Shown piece by piece: positions 10,213 to 24,826 of a DNA stretch of 64,000 bases (positions are counted from its first letter, which is position 1; every line of letters begins with the position of its first letter). Source of the DNA: an uncultured candidate division WWE3 bacterium (lineage in GTDB: Bacteria; Patescibacteriota; WWE3; UBA101185; UBA10185); the NCBI GenBank assembly GCA_963765125.1, contig CAVXUZ010000005.1, positions 361,441 through 425,440 on the forward strand, given 5' to 3'. The notes beneath the pieces are model-generated. The model saw nothing but the letters and a program-made list of their open reading frames with translations, was not told the origin of the DNA and did no database searches. The position numbers and the translations under genes were made by a program.

Positions 10213-11037
10213 TTATTTCCTTTTTATTCTTTTTGTAACTATATACTTATTTGTATATTTTCTTCTTCTAGTTAATACACCCCTTGCCTTCTTTCCCCAT
10301 GGGGTCTTTGGTGAAGACAAACCAATACCGTTATCTCTATAAGAACCTCCGTGAGGATGCGAGTCAGTACCCATTGCAACTCCTCGTACTTCTGGTCTCC
10401 AACCCTTGTGTCTTTTCAATCCAGCCTTACCTAATCTAGCGTTTCGGTGATCCATGTTTCCGAGCTCACCGATTGTAGCATAACAATTCGCAAGAATCTT
10501 TTTTACCTCACCACTTGGCATTTTAACATTTACGTAGTTGCCTTCTTTTGCCATTATTATTGCATAATTTCCTGCGCCTCTCGCTACTTGGCCGCCTTTT
10601 CCTGGGTTAAATTCAACATTATGTACTCTCGTACTTAATGGGATTTTCTCTAACGGTAATGTATTTCCAATTTCTAATGGGGCATCTTTTGCAGATAATA
10701 CTTCCATTCCTTTAACTAGCCCTTCAGGAGCAAGGATATACCTCTTCTCACCGTCAAAATAGTTAATTAATGCAATGTTACAATTTCTGTTTGGATCGTA
10801 CTCAATGGTTGCAACTTTTCCTGTTATTCCTAATTTATCGCGTTTAAAGTCAATTATTCTATAAAACTGCTTTGCACCACGCTGTCTATGTCTAACAGAC
10901 ACTCTTCCGCTGTTTCGTCCTACTGTTCCTTTTTTTGCAACAAGTAGGCTCTTTTGTGGTTTAACTTTGTCGACACCTCTAATTAAAGTCTTTCTAAATC
11001 TTATCCCTGCGCTTGTTGCTTTATGTGTCTTAATCAT
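10213..11037 (-). CDS. rplB: 50S ribosomal protein L2
   Basis: 274 aa, L2 motifs (GTDSHPHGGS region). Confidence 0.95.
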   Translation of the reverse strand: MIKTHKATSAGIRFRKTLIRGVDKVKPQKSLLVAKKGTVGRNSGRVSVRHRQRGAKQFYRIIDFKRDKLGITGKVATIEYDPNRNCNIALINYFDGEKRYILAPEGLVKGMEVLSAKDAPLEIGNTLPLEKIPLSTRVHNVEFNPGKGGQVARGAGNYAIIMAKEGNYVNVKMPSGEVKKILANCYATIGELGNMDHRNARLGKAGLKRHKGWRPEVRGVAMGTDSHPHGGSYRDNGIGLSSPKTPWGKKARGVLTRRRKYTNKYIVTKRIKRK

Positions 11038-11038
11038 A

Positions 11039-11329
11039 TTATTTACCTACCAAATCAATTTTTTGTCCTTCTTTAAGTTTCACAATTGCTTTTTTTCTCT
11101 TAGATGTCTTTGTAAACCTTCTTGTACCGGTAAGTCTTCTTTTCTTTCCTGGTAGTATTGACGTTCTCACATCAATTGGGTCAACTCCGTAAGTCTCTTT
11201 TATTTCTCTTGCAACAGAGCCTTTAGAAGCACGATAGTTTACTTCAAAAATATAAGAATTTATTTCTGACTGCATAGCTACGCTTTTTTCTGTCACTATT
11301 GGTCTTAAAATAATATTGTTTAATTTCAT
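11039..11329 (-). CDS. rplW: 50S ribosomal protein L23
   Basis: 96 aa, L23 family. Confidence 0.9.
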   Translation of the reverse strand: MKLNNIILRPIVTEKSVAMQSEINSYIFEVNYRASKGSVAREIKETYGVDPIDVRTSILPGKKRRLTGTRRFTKTSKRKKAIVKLKEGQKIDLVGK

Positions 11330-11955
11330 TTATATTTCTTCTGTAAATTAACTAATGCCTCTTTTTCAAAAACTATATTTTTTGCGCTAATTAACTCAAA
11401 TGCATTTAGGTTATCCATCTCATATACACTCGCGGACGTAATGTTTGCAATACTTTTTAAAATGTTTTTGTCCCCTTTAGCGAGGACAAATAGTGTTTTA
11501 CCTGTCAAATCAAGAGTTTCGATTATTTCTTTAATATATTTAGTAGATGGTTTGGTGATTGAAATTGCCTCTAATGCTTTAATTAAGCCCTCATTAAATC
11601 TCATGCTTAATACTGACTGCATAGTTGCTTTTCTCATTTTCTTTGATATTTTCAATGACCAATCCTTAGGTTGTGGGCCATGAGAAGCTCCACCACCTAC
11701 CCAAATAGGACTTCTTGTAGAACCGTGTCTTGCACGACCTGTTCCTTTTTGCTTCCAAGGTTTTACACCTCCACCAGAAACTTCTCCTCTTGTCTTTGTT
11801 TTTACGGTACCTTGTCTCTGGTTGGTTCTATAAACATGAATGTACTGGGCAATTAACGCCTCGTTTACTTCGCAGCCAAAAACTGACTTCTCTAAAGCCA
11901 ACTCTTCTACCTTATTTCCTTTTATGTCTAATACATCTACTTTCATTTTATTCAA
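11326..11955 (-). CDS. rplD: 50S ribosomal protein L4
   Basis: 209 aa, L4 family. Confidence 0.9.
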   Translation of the reverse strand: MNKMKVDVLDIKGNKVEELALEKSVFGCEVNEALIAQYIHVYRTNQRQGTVKTKTRGEVSGGGVKPWKQKGTGRARHGSTRSPIWVGGGASHGPQPKDWSLKISKKMRKATMQSVLSMRFNEGLIKALEAISITKPSTKYIKEIIETLDLTGKTLFVLAKGDKNILKSIANITSASVYEMDNLNAFELISAKNIVFEKEALVNLQKKYK

Positions 11956-12376
11956 GCACCTTAATGCTAACTAAAGAATTTCTAGCACCTGGTACTGGAC
12001 CAGAAACTAAAAGCTCATTATTAGCTTTAATAATTTCAACAATTCTAAGACCTTTTACTGTTACTCTCTCTCCACCAAGTCTTCCTGCCATCTTTTTACC
12101 TTTGAAAACTCTACCTGGAGTTTGCGAACCAATTGAACCTGGGGCTCTTGGTTTGTTTGATTGACCGTGGGTTCTCTGACCTCCACGAAATCCCCATTTC
12201 TTCATACCGCCTGCGAATCCTTTTCCTTTTGATTTTCCAATTATTTCAATTTTTTTGTCTTTAAGATCGCTGTCTAGTTCAGTTTCAAATCTAATTACTG
12301 TCACAGGAATAACCTTACCGTTATCAGTAAAAACCTGAGTCATATTTTGTTTTTTTCCTTTTAATGTTTTTTCCAT
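11948..12376 (-). CDS. rplC: 50S ribosomal protein L3 (short form, about 143 aa)
   Basis: L3 N- and C-terminal blocks (TQVFTDNGKVIPVTV; KGKGFAG...KKMAG) with the central region absent. Internal Met start chosen because a GC hairpin plus U-run lies just upstream. Confidence 0.85.
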   Translation of the reverse strand: MEKTLKGKKQNMTQVFTDNGKVIPVTVIRFETELDSDLKDKKIEIIGKSKGKGFAGGMKKWGFRGGQRTHGQSNKPRAPGSIGSQTPGRVFKGKKMAGRLGGERVTVKGLRIVEIIKANNELLVSGPVPGARNSLVSIKVLE

Positions 12377-12391
12377 TTTTTCCCTATAAAA

Positions 12392-12412
12392 AAAGCGCCC
12401 TCGGGCGCCCAC
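12392..12412 (-). terminator. GC-only hairpin (GCGCC-CGAG-GGCGC) followed by U7 on the minus-strand transcript, between rpsJ and rplC (internal attenuator/terminator candidate)
   Basis: Plus 12395-12408 is gcgccctcgggcgc, preceded by a run of 7 A's (12388-12394), which is U7 on the minus strand. It sits 18 nt upstream of the rplC AUG. Confidence 0.45.
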
Positions 12413-12505
12413 CTAGAGCCATTCCCAAGTTGTTTTTCTTCTTTTAGTTGTTTTTTGACACAATTAGCATTATATCAAGTTTTTCTCTATTTATCCTACT
12501 CAAAC

Positions 12506-12826
12506 CTACATCTTTATTGAGATTCCGACGCCTGCCGGTAAGCTCAGTCTAGATAAGCTGTCTACTGTAGAACTCGTTGGATTGACAACGTCAATCACCC
12601 TTTTGTGTGTTCTCAATTCAAATTGTTCTCTTGATCTCTTATCAATGTGTGGTCCTCTAATAACCGTGAATCTTTCTTGCTTAGTTGGTAAAGGAACAGG
12701 ACCTATTACTCGTGCGCCGGTTCTTATAACAGTGTCAACGATTTTTGAACAACTTAAATCCATGACTCTGCTGTCATATGATTTTAGTTTTATTCTTAAT
12801 CTTGTTTCGTTTTCTTTTTTTGTCAT
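12506..12826 (-). CDS. rpsJ: 30S ribosomal protein S10
   Basis: 106 aa, S10 family, heads the S10 operon. Confidence 0.95.
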   Translation of the reverse strand: MTKKENETRLRIKLKSYDSRVMDLSCSKIVDTVIRTGARVIGPVPLPTKQERFTVIRGPHIDKRSREQFELRTHKRVIDVVNPTSSTVDSLSRLSLPAGVGISIKM

Positions 12827-12838
12827 TGTTTCTGATAA

Positions 12839-12859
12839 GGGCGGTGCGCTGCACCGCCC
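12839..12859 (-). promoter_or_regulatory. perfect 9-bp GC-rich stem-loop 12 nt upstream of the rpsJ start codon with no SD sequence in between (S10-leader-like regulatory structure candidate)
   Basis: gggcggtgc-gct-gcaccgccc, a stark GC island in AT-rich DNA between tuf and rpsJ. Confidence 0.4.
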
Positions 12860-12879
12860 TTAAACTTTCTTTTCTTTAA

Positions 12880-14058
12880 TTAAGCAATAACTTTAGTTAC
12901 AACTCCTGCACCGACGGTGTGTCCACCTTCTCTAATAGCGAAGGTTAAACCTTCCTCAAGCGCAACAGGTGTAATAAGTTTGACGGTAATTGCAACGTCG
13001 TCACCTGGCATAACCATCTCGACACCGGCTGGAAGAGTAATTTCTCCAGTAACGTCTGTGGTTCTAAGGTAGAATTGTGGTCTATAACCAGTGAAGAATT
13101 GTTTGTGTCTTCCACCTTCTTCTTTTGAAAGAACGTAAACCTGAGCTTGAAATTCGCTATGTGGTTTGACTGTTCCTGGTTTGGCCAAAACTTGACCTCT
13201 TTCTATTCCATCTCTTTCAATTCCTCTTAAGAGAATACCTACGTTATCACCAGCTTGTCCTTCTTGAAGTTGTTTCTTGAACATTTCTACTCCAGTAACA
13301 ACTGTCTTTGTTGTGTCTTTTATTCCTACGATTTCGATTTCTTCATTGACAGCAACTTTTCCTCTTTCAATTCTTCCGGTAGCGACTGTACCTCTACCTT
13401 TGATTGAGAAAACGTCTTCAACTGGCATTAAGAATGTCTTATCTAAGTCTCTTACAGGTGTAGGAATATATGAATCTACAGCCTCCATAAGTGCTTCGAT
13501 AGATTTAACACCTTCTGGGTCACCCTCTAAAGCTTTGAGAGCTGAACCTTTGATGATAGGTATTTCATTTCCTGGGAACTTATATTTAGTTAACAATTCT
13601 CTAATTTCTAGTTCAACTAACTCTAAGATTTCAGGATCCTGAACCATATCAACTTTGTTCATGAATACCACCATTGCAGGAACGTTAACTTGTTTTGCAA
13701 GTAGGATGTGTTCTCTGGTTTGAGGCATTGGTCCATCAGGAGCTGAGACAACTAAAATTGCACCGTCGACCTGCGCAGCACCGGTGATCATGTTTTTAAC
13801 ATAGTCAGCGTGTCCTGGACAGTCAATGTGTGCGTAATGTCGTTTCTCTGTTTGATACTCAACGTGAGTGATATTGATCGTAATTCCTCTTTCTCTTTCC
13901 TCAGGAGCTTTATCAATATCTTCAAATTTTGTAAAGTCGGCAAGCCCTTTCTCAGAGAGGACTTTTGTAATTGCCGCAGTTAAGGTTGTTTTACCGTGGT
14001 CAACATGTCCAATTGTACCTATGTTGACGTGTGGTTTATTTCTCTGAAATTCAGCCAT
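12880..14058 (-). CDS. tuf: elongation factor Tu
   Basis: 392 aa with [17 protein letters not shown] and NKVD motifs. Confidence 0.98.
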   Translation of the reverse strand: MAEFQRNKPHVNIGTIGHVDHGKTTLTAAITKVLSEKGLADFTKFEDIDKAPEERERGITINITHVEYQTEKRHYAHIDCPGHADYVKNMITGAAQVDGAILVVSAPDGPMPQTREHILLAKQVNVPAMVVFMNKVDMVQDPEILELVELEIRELLTKYKFPGNEIPIIKGSALKALEGDPEGVKSIEALMEAVDSYIPTPVRDLDKTFLMPVEDVFSIKGRGTVATGRIERGKVAVNEEIEIVGIKDTTKTVVTGVEMFKKQLQEGQAGDNVGILLRGIERDGIERGQVLAKPGTVKPHSEFQAQVYVLSKEEGGRHKQFFTGYRPQFYLRTTDVTGEITLPAGVEMVMPGDDVAITVKLITPVALEEGLTFAIREGGHTVGAGVVTKVIA

Positions 14059-14142
14059 TTTTATTACCTTTCAGTAACTTTCTAAATAAATAACTAATAA
14101 CAAATTTTAGCAGAGGTAGTTAACCAAAAAAAGACTATAAAA

Positions 14143-16227
14143 TCAAGACTTTCCTTTAACTATCTCCTCTGTAATACTTGCCGGAACCTCTTCATAGTGG
14201 CTCGGTTCCATCGTAAAGCCAGCCCTACCTTGTGTAAGACCTCTAAGCTCTGTAGCATAGCCAAACATCTCGGCTAAAGGAACTTTTGCCTTGATTGAGA
14301 TAGCGGAATTTTCTATCTTGGTAGATTCGATTTTTCCTCTCTTTCCTGACAAATTACCAATCAAATCACCCATAAACTCTTCAGGCGCTACAACTTCTAA
14401 GCTCATTATTGGCTCGAGAAGAACTGTATCTGCAGCTTTCTGGGCATCTCTGAAAGCTCCGATAGCAGACATCTTAAACGCCAACTCTGATGAGTCAACA
14501 TCATGATACGAACCGTCAATTAATGAAACTCGAAGGTCTATAACAGGGTAACCTGCAATCGAACCACACTGAGCTGCTTCTCGTATACCTTTTTCAACAC
14601 CTGGAATATACTCTTTGGGAATTGAGCCACCAACGATTTTATCTACAAATTCTACGCCCTTTCCACTCTCAGTAGGCTCCATTCTAATTACAACGTGACC
14701 ATATTGACCGCGTCCACCAGTTTGCCTGATATATTTATTTTCAATTTCTACCATTTTCTTAACAGTTTCTCTATATGCAACTTGTGGCTTGCCTGTGTTA
14801 ACTTCAACATTAAATTCACGCTTCATTCTGTCGACGATAATTTCAAGGTGTAATTCACCCATTCCATATAAAATGGTCTCGCCTGTTTCAGGATCTGATT
14901 TAACTCTGAGGGTTGGGTCTTCATCAATAAATCTCTTAATAACTTCACCCATTTTATCTCGGTCAGCCTTGGTTTTTGGCTCTATAGCAAGCCCAATTAC
15001 CGGCTCTGCAAATGTAATATTTTCCAGCAATACTGGGTTTTTTTCGTCACAAAGCGTGTCGCCAGTTACAGTTTTGCTTAATCCAATAACTGCAGCAATC
15101 TCACCTGCTTTAACTTGTTTGATTTCTTCTCTATGGTTTGCGTGCATTAATAGTAAACGTCCGACTCTTTCTTTTTCATCCTTTGTAGAATTCAAAACAT
15201 AAGAACCGCTGTCTAGTACTCCTGCGTAAACTCTAATGTATGTAAGTCTTCCTACGAATGGGTCGGTTGGAATTTTAAATGCAAGCGCTGCAAATGGTTC
15301 TTCAACTGTTTCAGCGAGAACATACTGCTCATCGGTTTTGATATTTATTGCTGTAACGTTTGCAACATCCAGTGGAGAGGGTAAGTAGGCAATAACTGCA
15401 TCCAAAACGTATCTTGCTGCAATTCCTCTTCCGTCACCGCCAAAAACCGGGTAAAAATCACCAGCTAATGTTGCTTTTCTGAGACATAATATAATTTCAT
15501 CCTCTGAAAGTTTTCCCTCATTAAGATATTTTTCCATTAATGCGTCGTCGTATTCAACAACCGCTTCGATTAATTTTTGTCTATATTCGTTAGCAGTCTC
15601 TAACATGTCGGCAGGTACCTCACTCACATCAAAATCGTCTTGTTTAAAGTCGGAATATGTATAAGCCTTCATCCTGATAAGATCGATGTTACCAATAATA
15701 TCTTTCTCAAACCCGATTGGGAGCATTATTGGGTGAGCCTTAGAGCTTAATCTTTTTTTAATTGAGGTTAAACTTTTATAAAAGTCTCCACCAATTTGGT
15801 TAATTTTGTTAATAAAACACATTCTTGGAACACCATATTTATTTGCTTGTCTCCAAACAGTTTCGGATTGTGGCTCAACACCCATTTTTCCATCGAAAAC
15901 CACAACTGCCCCATCAAGAACTCTTAATGATCTTTCAACTTCTGCAGTAAAATCTACGTGTCCTGGGGTATCAATAATGTTAATTCTATTTTCTTTCCAA
16001 AAACAGGTTGTAGCAGCACTTGTAATTGTGATTCCTCTTTCTCTTTCTTGAACCATCCAGTCCATCTGGGTATCACCAGTATGAACTTCACCAATTTTAT
16101 GAGTTTTTCCTGTGTAATATAGAATACTTTCAGTAGTAGTAGTCTTACCTGCATCGATATGCGCAATAATTCCAATGTTTCTAATGCATTCCATAGGATA
16201 TTCTTTTGTTTGATTTTTTTCTGCCAT
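14143..16227 (-). CDS. fusA: elongation factor G
   Basis: 694 aa with [10 protein letters not shown]-domain and EF-G domains III-V. Confidence 0.97.
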   Translation of the reverse strand: MAEKNQTKEYPMECIRNIGIIAHIDAGKTTTTESILYYTGKTHKIGEVHTGDTQMDWMVQERERGITITSAATTCFWKENRINIIDTPGHVDFTAEVERSLRVLDGAVVVFDGKMGVEPQSETVWRQANKYGVPRMCFINKINQIGGDFYKSLTSIKKRLSSKAHPIMLPIGFEKDIIGNIDLIRMKAYTYSDFKQDDFDVSEVPADMLETANEYRQKLIEAVVEYDDALMEKYLNEGKLSEDEIILCLRKATLAGDFYPVFGGDGRGIAARYVLDAVIAYLPSPLDVANVTAINIKTDEQYVLAETVEEPFAALAFKIPTDPFVGRLTYIRVYAGVLDSGSYVLNSTKDEKERVGRLLLMHANHREEIKQVKAGEIAAVIGLSKTVTGDTLCDEKNPVLLENITFAEPVIGLAIEPKTKADRDKMGEVIKRFIDEDPTLRVKSDPETGETILYGMGELHLEIIVDRMKREFNVEVNTGKPQVAYRETVKKMVEIENKYIRQTGGRGQYGHVVIRMEPTESGKGVEFVDKIVGGSIPKEYIPGVEKGIREAAQCGSIAGYPVIDLRVSLIDGSYHDVDSSELAFKMSAIGAFRDAQKAADTVLLEPIMSLEVVAPEEFMGDLIGNLSGKRGKIESTKIENSAISIKAKVPLAEMFGYATELRGLTQGRAGFTMEPSHYEEVPASITEEIVKGKS

Positions 16228-16291
16228 ATTCTTTCTTTGATGACGCGCAATTAATTACTTTATTGTGGGCACGTCTTTTGGAAATTTTTGT

Positions 16292-16759
16292 TTAAAACCT
16301 AGCAAAATGTGCAAATGCTCTATTTGATTCGGCTGATTTATGAGTTTCGTCTCTTTTTCTTATCGCATCACCAATACCTTCAAAAGCGTCTTTTATTTCT
16401 TTAAAGAGTTTTTCATCCATTTCATTACCTTTTTTATTTCTTGCAGCCATAACTAACCATCTTACGGCTAATGCTTCTGATCTTTCGTGTTTTAAGGGGT
16501 AAGGTACTTGATATGTTGCACCGCCAACTCTTCTGGATCTAACTTCTTGTGTAGGCATTACATTTTTTACTGCTTCTTCAAACATTTTTAAAGCTTCTTT
16601 TCTGTCTTCATGAAGCCTGTCTAGCGCCCCGTATACAATACTTTCGGCTAGTGATTTTTTACCTTTTTGCATAACTGTATTAATCATTCTACTTACAGTC
16701 TTTGATTTATAAATTTGGTCTGGTAATAATGGTCTTTTTTTGGAGGTTTTTGATCTCAT
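16292..16759 (-). CDS. rpsG: 30S ribosomal protein S7
   Basis: 155 aa, S7 family. Confidence 0.95.
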   Translation of the reverse strand: MRSKTSKKRPLLPDQIYKSKTVSRMINTVMQKGKKSLAESIVYGALDRLHEDRKEALKMFEEAVKNVMPTQEVRSRRVGGATYQVPYPLKHERSEALAVRWLVMAARNKKGNEMDEKLFKEIKDAFEGIGDAIRKRDETHKSAESNRAFAHFARF

Positions 16760-16763
16760 ATTA

Positions 16764-17177
16764 TTAAGCCTTTGGTTTCTTTGTACCGTAAATTGATCTT
16801 GACGTTCTTCTATTATTTACACCTTGCAAATCGTATCTGCCTCTTATAATAGTATATTTAATACCTGGTAAATCTTTAACTCTTCCACCTCTAACCATAA
16901 CAACAGAGTGCTCTTGCAATCCGTGGCCTTCGCCTGGAATGTAAGCTGTTACTTCTCTTTTATTCGAAAGTCTTACTCTTGCTACTTTTCGTAATGCTGA
17001 ATTAGGTTTTTTTGGAGTTAACGTTCTAACTTGCAAACACACACCTCTTTTAAATGAAGAGTTTGTAGTTTTATATTTTCTTTTTTTGGTATTGTAAACT
17101 TCACCCAATGCAGGGGTTTTTACCTTACTAATCTTCTTTTTTCTTTCTTTTCTTATAAGTTGGTTTATTGTTGGCAT
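16764..17177 (-). CDS. rpsL: 30S ribosomal protein S12
   Basis: [11 protein letters not shown]-terminus and [10 protein letters not shown] loop. Confidence 0.95.
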   Translation of the reverse strand: MPTINQLIRKERKKKISKVKTPALGEVYNTKKRKYKTTNSSFKRGVCLQVRTLTPKKPNSALRKVARVRLSNKREVTAYIPGEGHGLQEHSVVMVRGGRVKDLPGIKYTIIRGRYDLQGVNNRRTSRSIYGTKKPKA

Positions 17178-17182
17178 AGATG

Positions 17183-20862
<3,680 letters not shown>

Positions 20863-20866
<4 letters not shown>

Positions 20867-23800
20867 TTCGCTTCCTCCTCTGAACTTTCTACGTCTTCTT
20901 CCGCGACTTCGTCAGACTCATCTTCTAATAGCTCTTTTTTCTCTTCTTCTACGGGCTCAGCTGGGACAACAATTACTTCTTCTGGCTCGTCTTTAGCTGT
21001 TTCATCTGATGTTAATGCCTCAATACCAATTCCCAAACCGTTTAACTGTCTGACCAGTAGTTTAAATGTTTCAGGTACTGTTGATTCTGGAATTTCTCTT
21101 CCTTGGACTATTGCGCTGTATGCTTGTGTTCTTCCAACCATATCGTCTGATTTTATAGTTAACATTTCGTTCAAAATATGTGCTGCACCATATGCTTCTA
21201 ATGCCCAAACTTCCATTTCTCCAAATCTTTGTCCACCAAATTGTGCTTTACCGCCTAAAGGCTGTTGTGTAATTAATGAGTAAGGTCCTGTAGATCTTGC
21301 GTGCATCTTCTCTTCACTCATATGAACAAGCTTTAAGATATAAACTTCACCAACAACAATTTCTGCTGCAAAATACTCACCAGTCCTACCATCTCTTAAT
21401 CTCATCTTTCCTGATTCTGGGAGTCCTGCTTCTATTAAGTTCTTTTGTAATATTTTCTTCAGGAATACTTTGTAACAAGGGTACTTCATACTTCTTACCT
21501 AAGCTTTTTCCTGCCATACCTAAAGGAGCCTCTAGAATTTGTCCAACATTCATTCTTTTTAAAACTGCCTCTGATGAGAAAACAATGTCGACTGATCTTC
21601 CATCTGGCAATACCGGCATATCTACTTCTGGGAACTATAGCTGAAATAACACCTTTGTTACCGTGTCTTCCAGCCAACTTGTCACCGATCTCAATTTTCT
21701 TAAGCTGAGCAACATATACTGGTGATTTCTTCAATCGTTCCTGCTGGTAAATCTTCGTTTTCTTCCTTAGTAACTCTTTTTACACCAATAACAACACCGT
21801 GCTGTCCATGAGGCATATAAAGTGAGTTGTCTCTGACGTCTTTAGCTTTTTCTCCAAAGATAGCTCTTAAGAGTCTTTCTTCTGCCGATAATTCAGCCTC
21901 ACCTTTTGGTGCTACTTTTCCAACCAAAATATCTCCAGAATGTACTTTTGAACCTATTGTGACTATACCTTCGTCATCGAGATTTCTTAGTGACTCTTCT
22001 GAAACATTTGGAATATCGCGTGTAATTTCTTCTGGGCCTAATTTTGTTTCTAAAACTGGTATTGTGTGGTCAGTAATATGAATTGATGAGAGCGTGTCGT
22101 CTTTTACTAATCTGTCAGAAATAACGATACCGTCTTCAAATTCGTATCCTTCCCAGATCATGTAGGCTGCGGTAATGTTTGTACCGATAGCTAAGTCGCC
22201 CTCTGCTGCAGATGGTCCTTCAATTAAAACATCACCCTTTTTAATTTTATCTCCGGTTTGGACTCTTACATATTGGTTAAAACAGGTCTTGGTGTTTGAT
22301 TGTTGAAATTTTGTTGCTATGTAAGTAGCTTTACCGTCTTTATTATATTTAACTTCAACCTTGTTAGCGTCAGCGTAAATAACCTCACCTGCGTCAGATG
22401 CGAAGGTTACTGCGTTTGAATTTGCAGCGATATCGCGCTCAATACCAGTACCGACAATTGGTGACTGTGGTGTAACCAGGGGTACTGATTGAGACATCTG
22501 TTGAGTTCCCATAAGTGCTCTAGAGACGTCATTATTTTGTAAAAAGGGAATTAATCCAGCACTGATACCCACGATTTGGCTTGGTGTAACCTCAATGTAC
22601 TCTGCGTGTGAAGCATCACCCAATATAAAATTTCCGCCTTTTCTTAAAGGAATTTGACTTTCTAAGATCACTCCGTTTTCGTCTGTTTTAATAGATGCGT
22701 CTGTAATGAAAACGTTCTCTTCTTCATAAGCTGCAAGATAAACTATCTCGTCACTAATTTTTGGTTTGCCGTCTTTTGTCTTTTCAAGTTTTATATATGG
22801 TGTTTCTAAAAATCCATAGGAGTTTACTTTTGCATACATTGAAAGGTAGTTGATAAGACCGATGTTTGGACCTTCAGGAGTTCTGACAGGACAAACTCTA
22901 CCAAATGATGAATAGTGCACATCTCTAACCGCCATGCTTGCTCTCTCTTTTGTTAATCCACCTGGGCCTAAAACTGAAAGTCTTCTTAAGTGGTCTAATG
23001 AGGTCAAAGGATTCTGTTGATCTTGGAATTGTGAAAGTTGACCAGTTGCAAAAAAACTATGAACACTTGCTGCCACGGCTCTTGGAGAAATTAAAACTCC
23101 TGGCATGGGGAGTTCGTCTCTAGATTGCATTGTCATTCTCTCTTTAATATTTTTCTCCATTCTTAAAAAGCCGATTCTCATTTGCCACTGCAATAACTCA
23201 CCAACTCTTTTTACTCTTCTGTTTGCAAGATTATCTATGTCGCTAATGTTTCCAACACCATTATTTAGTTCAATAATTTTCTTTACGATAGATACGAGGT
23301 CTTCTAGTTGTAATATTCTGTACTTTGGTTCGTTAGGAAAGTCTAATCCAAGCTCTTGATTAAGCTTAAATCTTCCAACTTCACCCATACTATATCTTCT
23401 TTCATTAAAGAAAAGTGCGTCAACGTATTCCTTTGCATTTTCAAGCACTAAAGGCTCACCTGGTCTTTGTTTTCTATAAACCTCTAAACAAGCCTCGTCG
23501 TATCCTGATGCTGGATCTTTCGATAATGTGCTCTCGATATAATTGATTTCTGGGTTTGATTCTACATCCTCAAATGCGTCTCTAATCTGGTCATCGGTTT
23601 CAAATCCAAATAATCTTAATAGTGTGGTGATGGTCATTTTTCTTTTTCGGTCAATTTTTACGTTTATAACTCCACCTCTGGATGTTTCGATTTCTAACCA
23701 GGCACCATTTTTTGGTAATACTTTTGCTGAAGCTAAAAATTGACCTGAAACGGGTGAAACTTCTCCACTGAACAATACACCCTCAGATCTGATAAGTTGA

Positions 23801-24177
23801 TTGATGATAACTCTTTCTACTCCGTTTACTATAAAAGTACCTCTCTCTGTCATAAGAGGCATATCACCCATATATATTTTTTGTTCTTTTTTCTTTTTGC
23901 TGATTTGGTCTGAGAGGACTGCTTTTAAATACCAGGGGGCGTCGAATGTTCTTCCTGAATGAAGAGCCTCATCGACTGACATATTTTCTTTTTCAAATTC
24001 GGGATCTGATAGTGTTAAAACCCAACCTCTGCCTGAATAATCTTCAATAGTTCCGAGCTCGTCTAGGATCTCTTTAACGCCATCTTTTAAAAACCACGCA
24101 TATGACTCCAATTGGACGTCCATTAGATTGGGCAATGACAACTTGCTCTTAAGTTTTGAAAATGATTGGCGCATCAA
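20863..24177 (-). CDS. rpoB: DNA-directed RNA polymerase beta subunit. The N-terminal 825 codons are intact and the 3' roughly 840 nt is split by 3 frameshifts.
   Basis: Main ORF 21700-24177, then fragments 21495-21734, 21386-21619 and 20863-21489 carrying [15 protein letters not shown] and the acidic C-terminal tail. Confidence 0.9.
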
Positions 24178-24236
24178 TTATTTATATTTTGCTGAGAATA
24201 ATTCCCATTAAATCAATACCAAGACAACGTAGCGTA

Positions 24237-24264
24237 AATTATCATACGCGTCGCTATATGTCAA
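24237..24264 (-). promoter_or_regulatory. sigma70-like promoter for rpoB (TTGACA-N16-tgATAATT, extended -10)
   Basis: Reverse complement of 24259-24264 is TTGACA and reverse complement of 24237-24242 is ATAATT, with TG immediately upstream. About 50-nt leader to the rpoB ATG. Confidence 0.4.
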
Positions 24265-24283
24265 CACCTTTAATGCCGACAAA

Positions 24284-24826
24284 TCAGTCTATATATCCAA
24301 TTGTAGAAATTGGCCAAAATCTAAAAACCACCCTACCAACAATCCTTTCCTCAGTAATAATGCCAAATGACCTTGAATCTGCTGATTTGGCGCGGTTATC
24401 TCCTAGTACAAGGTACTCTTTCTCCTGAAGTTCTATCGACCTTCCTTCCTTTAACCTACCACCAGCAGACGTACAAGTGTCTTCATACAGATAGGGTTCT
24501 TCTAGCTCGTATTTTTGCCCATCTCTATTTATATATACGTTGCAATTATATATTTTAACAATGTCTCCAGGAATCGCAACAACTCTTTTTATAAAGTCCA
24601 CATTGTCATTATTTGGCGGATGTAACACAACTACCTCTCCGGTTTGAAAATCTTTAAAATGTTTGGTGATTTTTTCAACTAAAATCCTTTCCCCACTGTA
24701 AAAGGTCGGTTCCATACTTGCTCCCTGTACCTGTTCCGGAATGGCAATAGTTGTGTATATAATAAGTATTACCACGCAACTAGACACGACGGTCTCAATT
24801 AATTCTAAAATAGTGTGTCTATTCAT
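24284..24826 (-). CDS. lepB: signal peptidase I (P-type, Ser/Lys)
   Basis: GASMEPT (Ser box), IKRVVAIPGD (Lys box) and GDNRAKSADSR motifs. The start is uncertain and the ORF could begin as far up as 24880. Confidence 0.85.
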   Translation of the reverse strand: MNRHTILELIETVVSSCVVILIIYTTIAIPEQVQGASMEPTFYSGERILVEKITKHFKDFQTGEVVVLHPPNNDNVDFIKRVVAIPGDIVKIYNCNVYINRDGQKYELEEPYLYEDTCTSAGGRLKEGRSIELQEKEYLVLGDNRAKSADSRSFGIITEERIVGRVVFRFWPISTIGYID

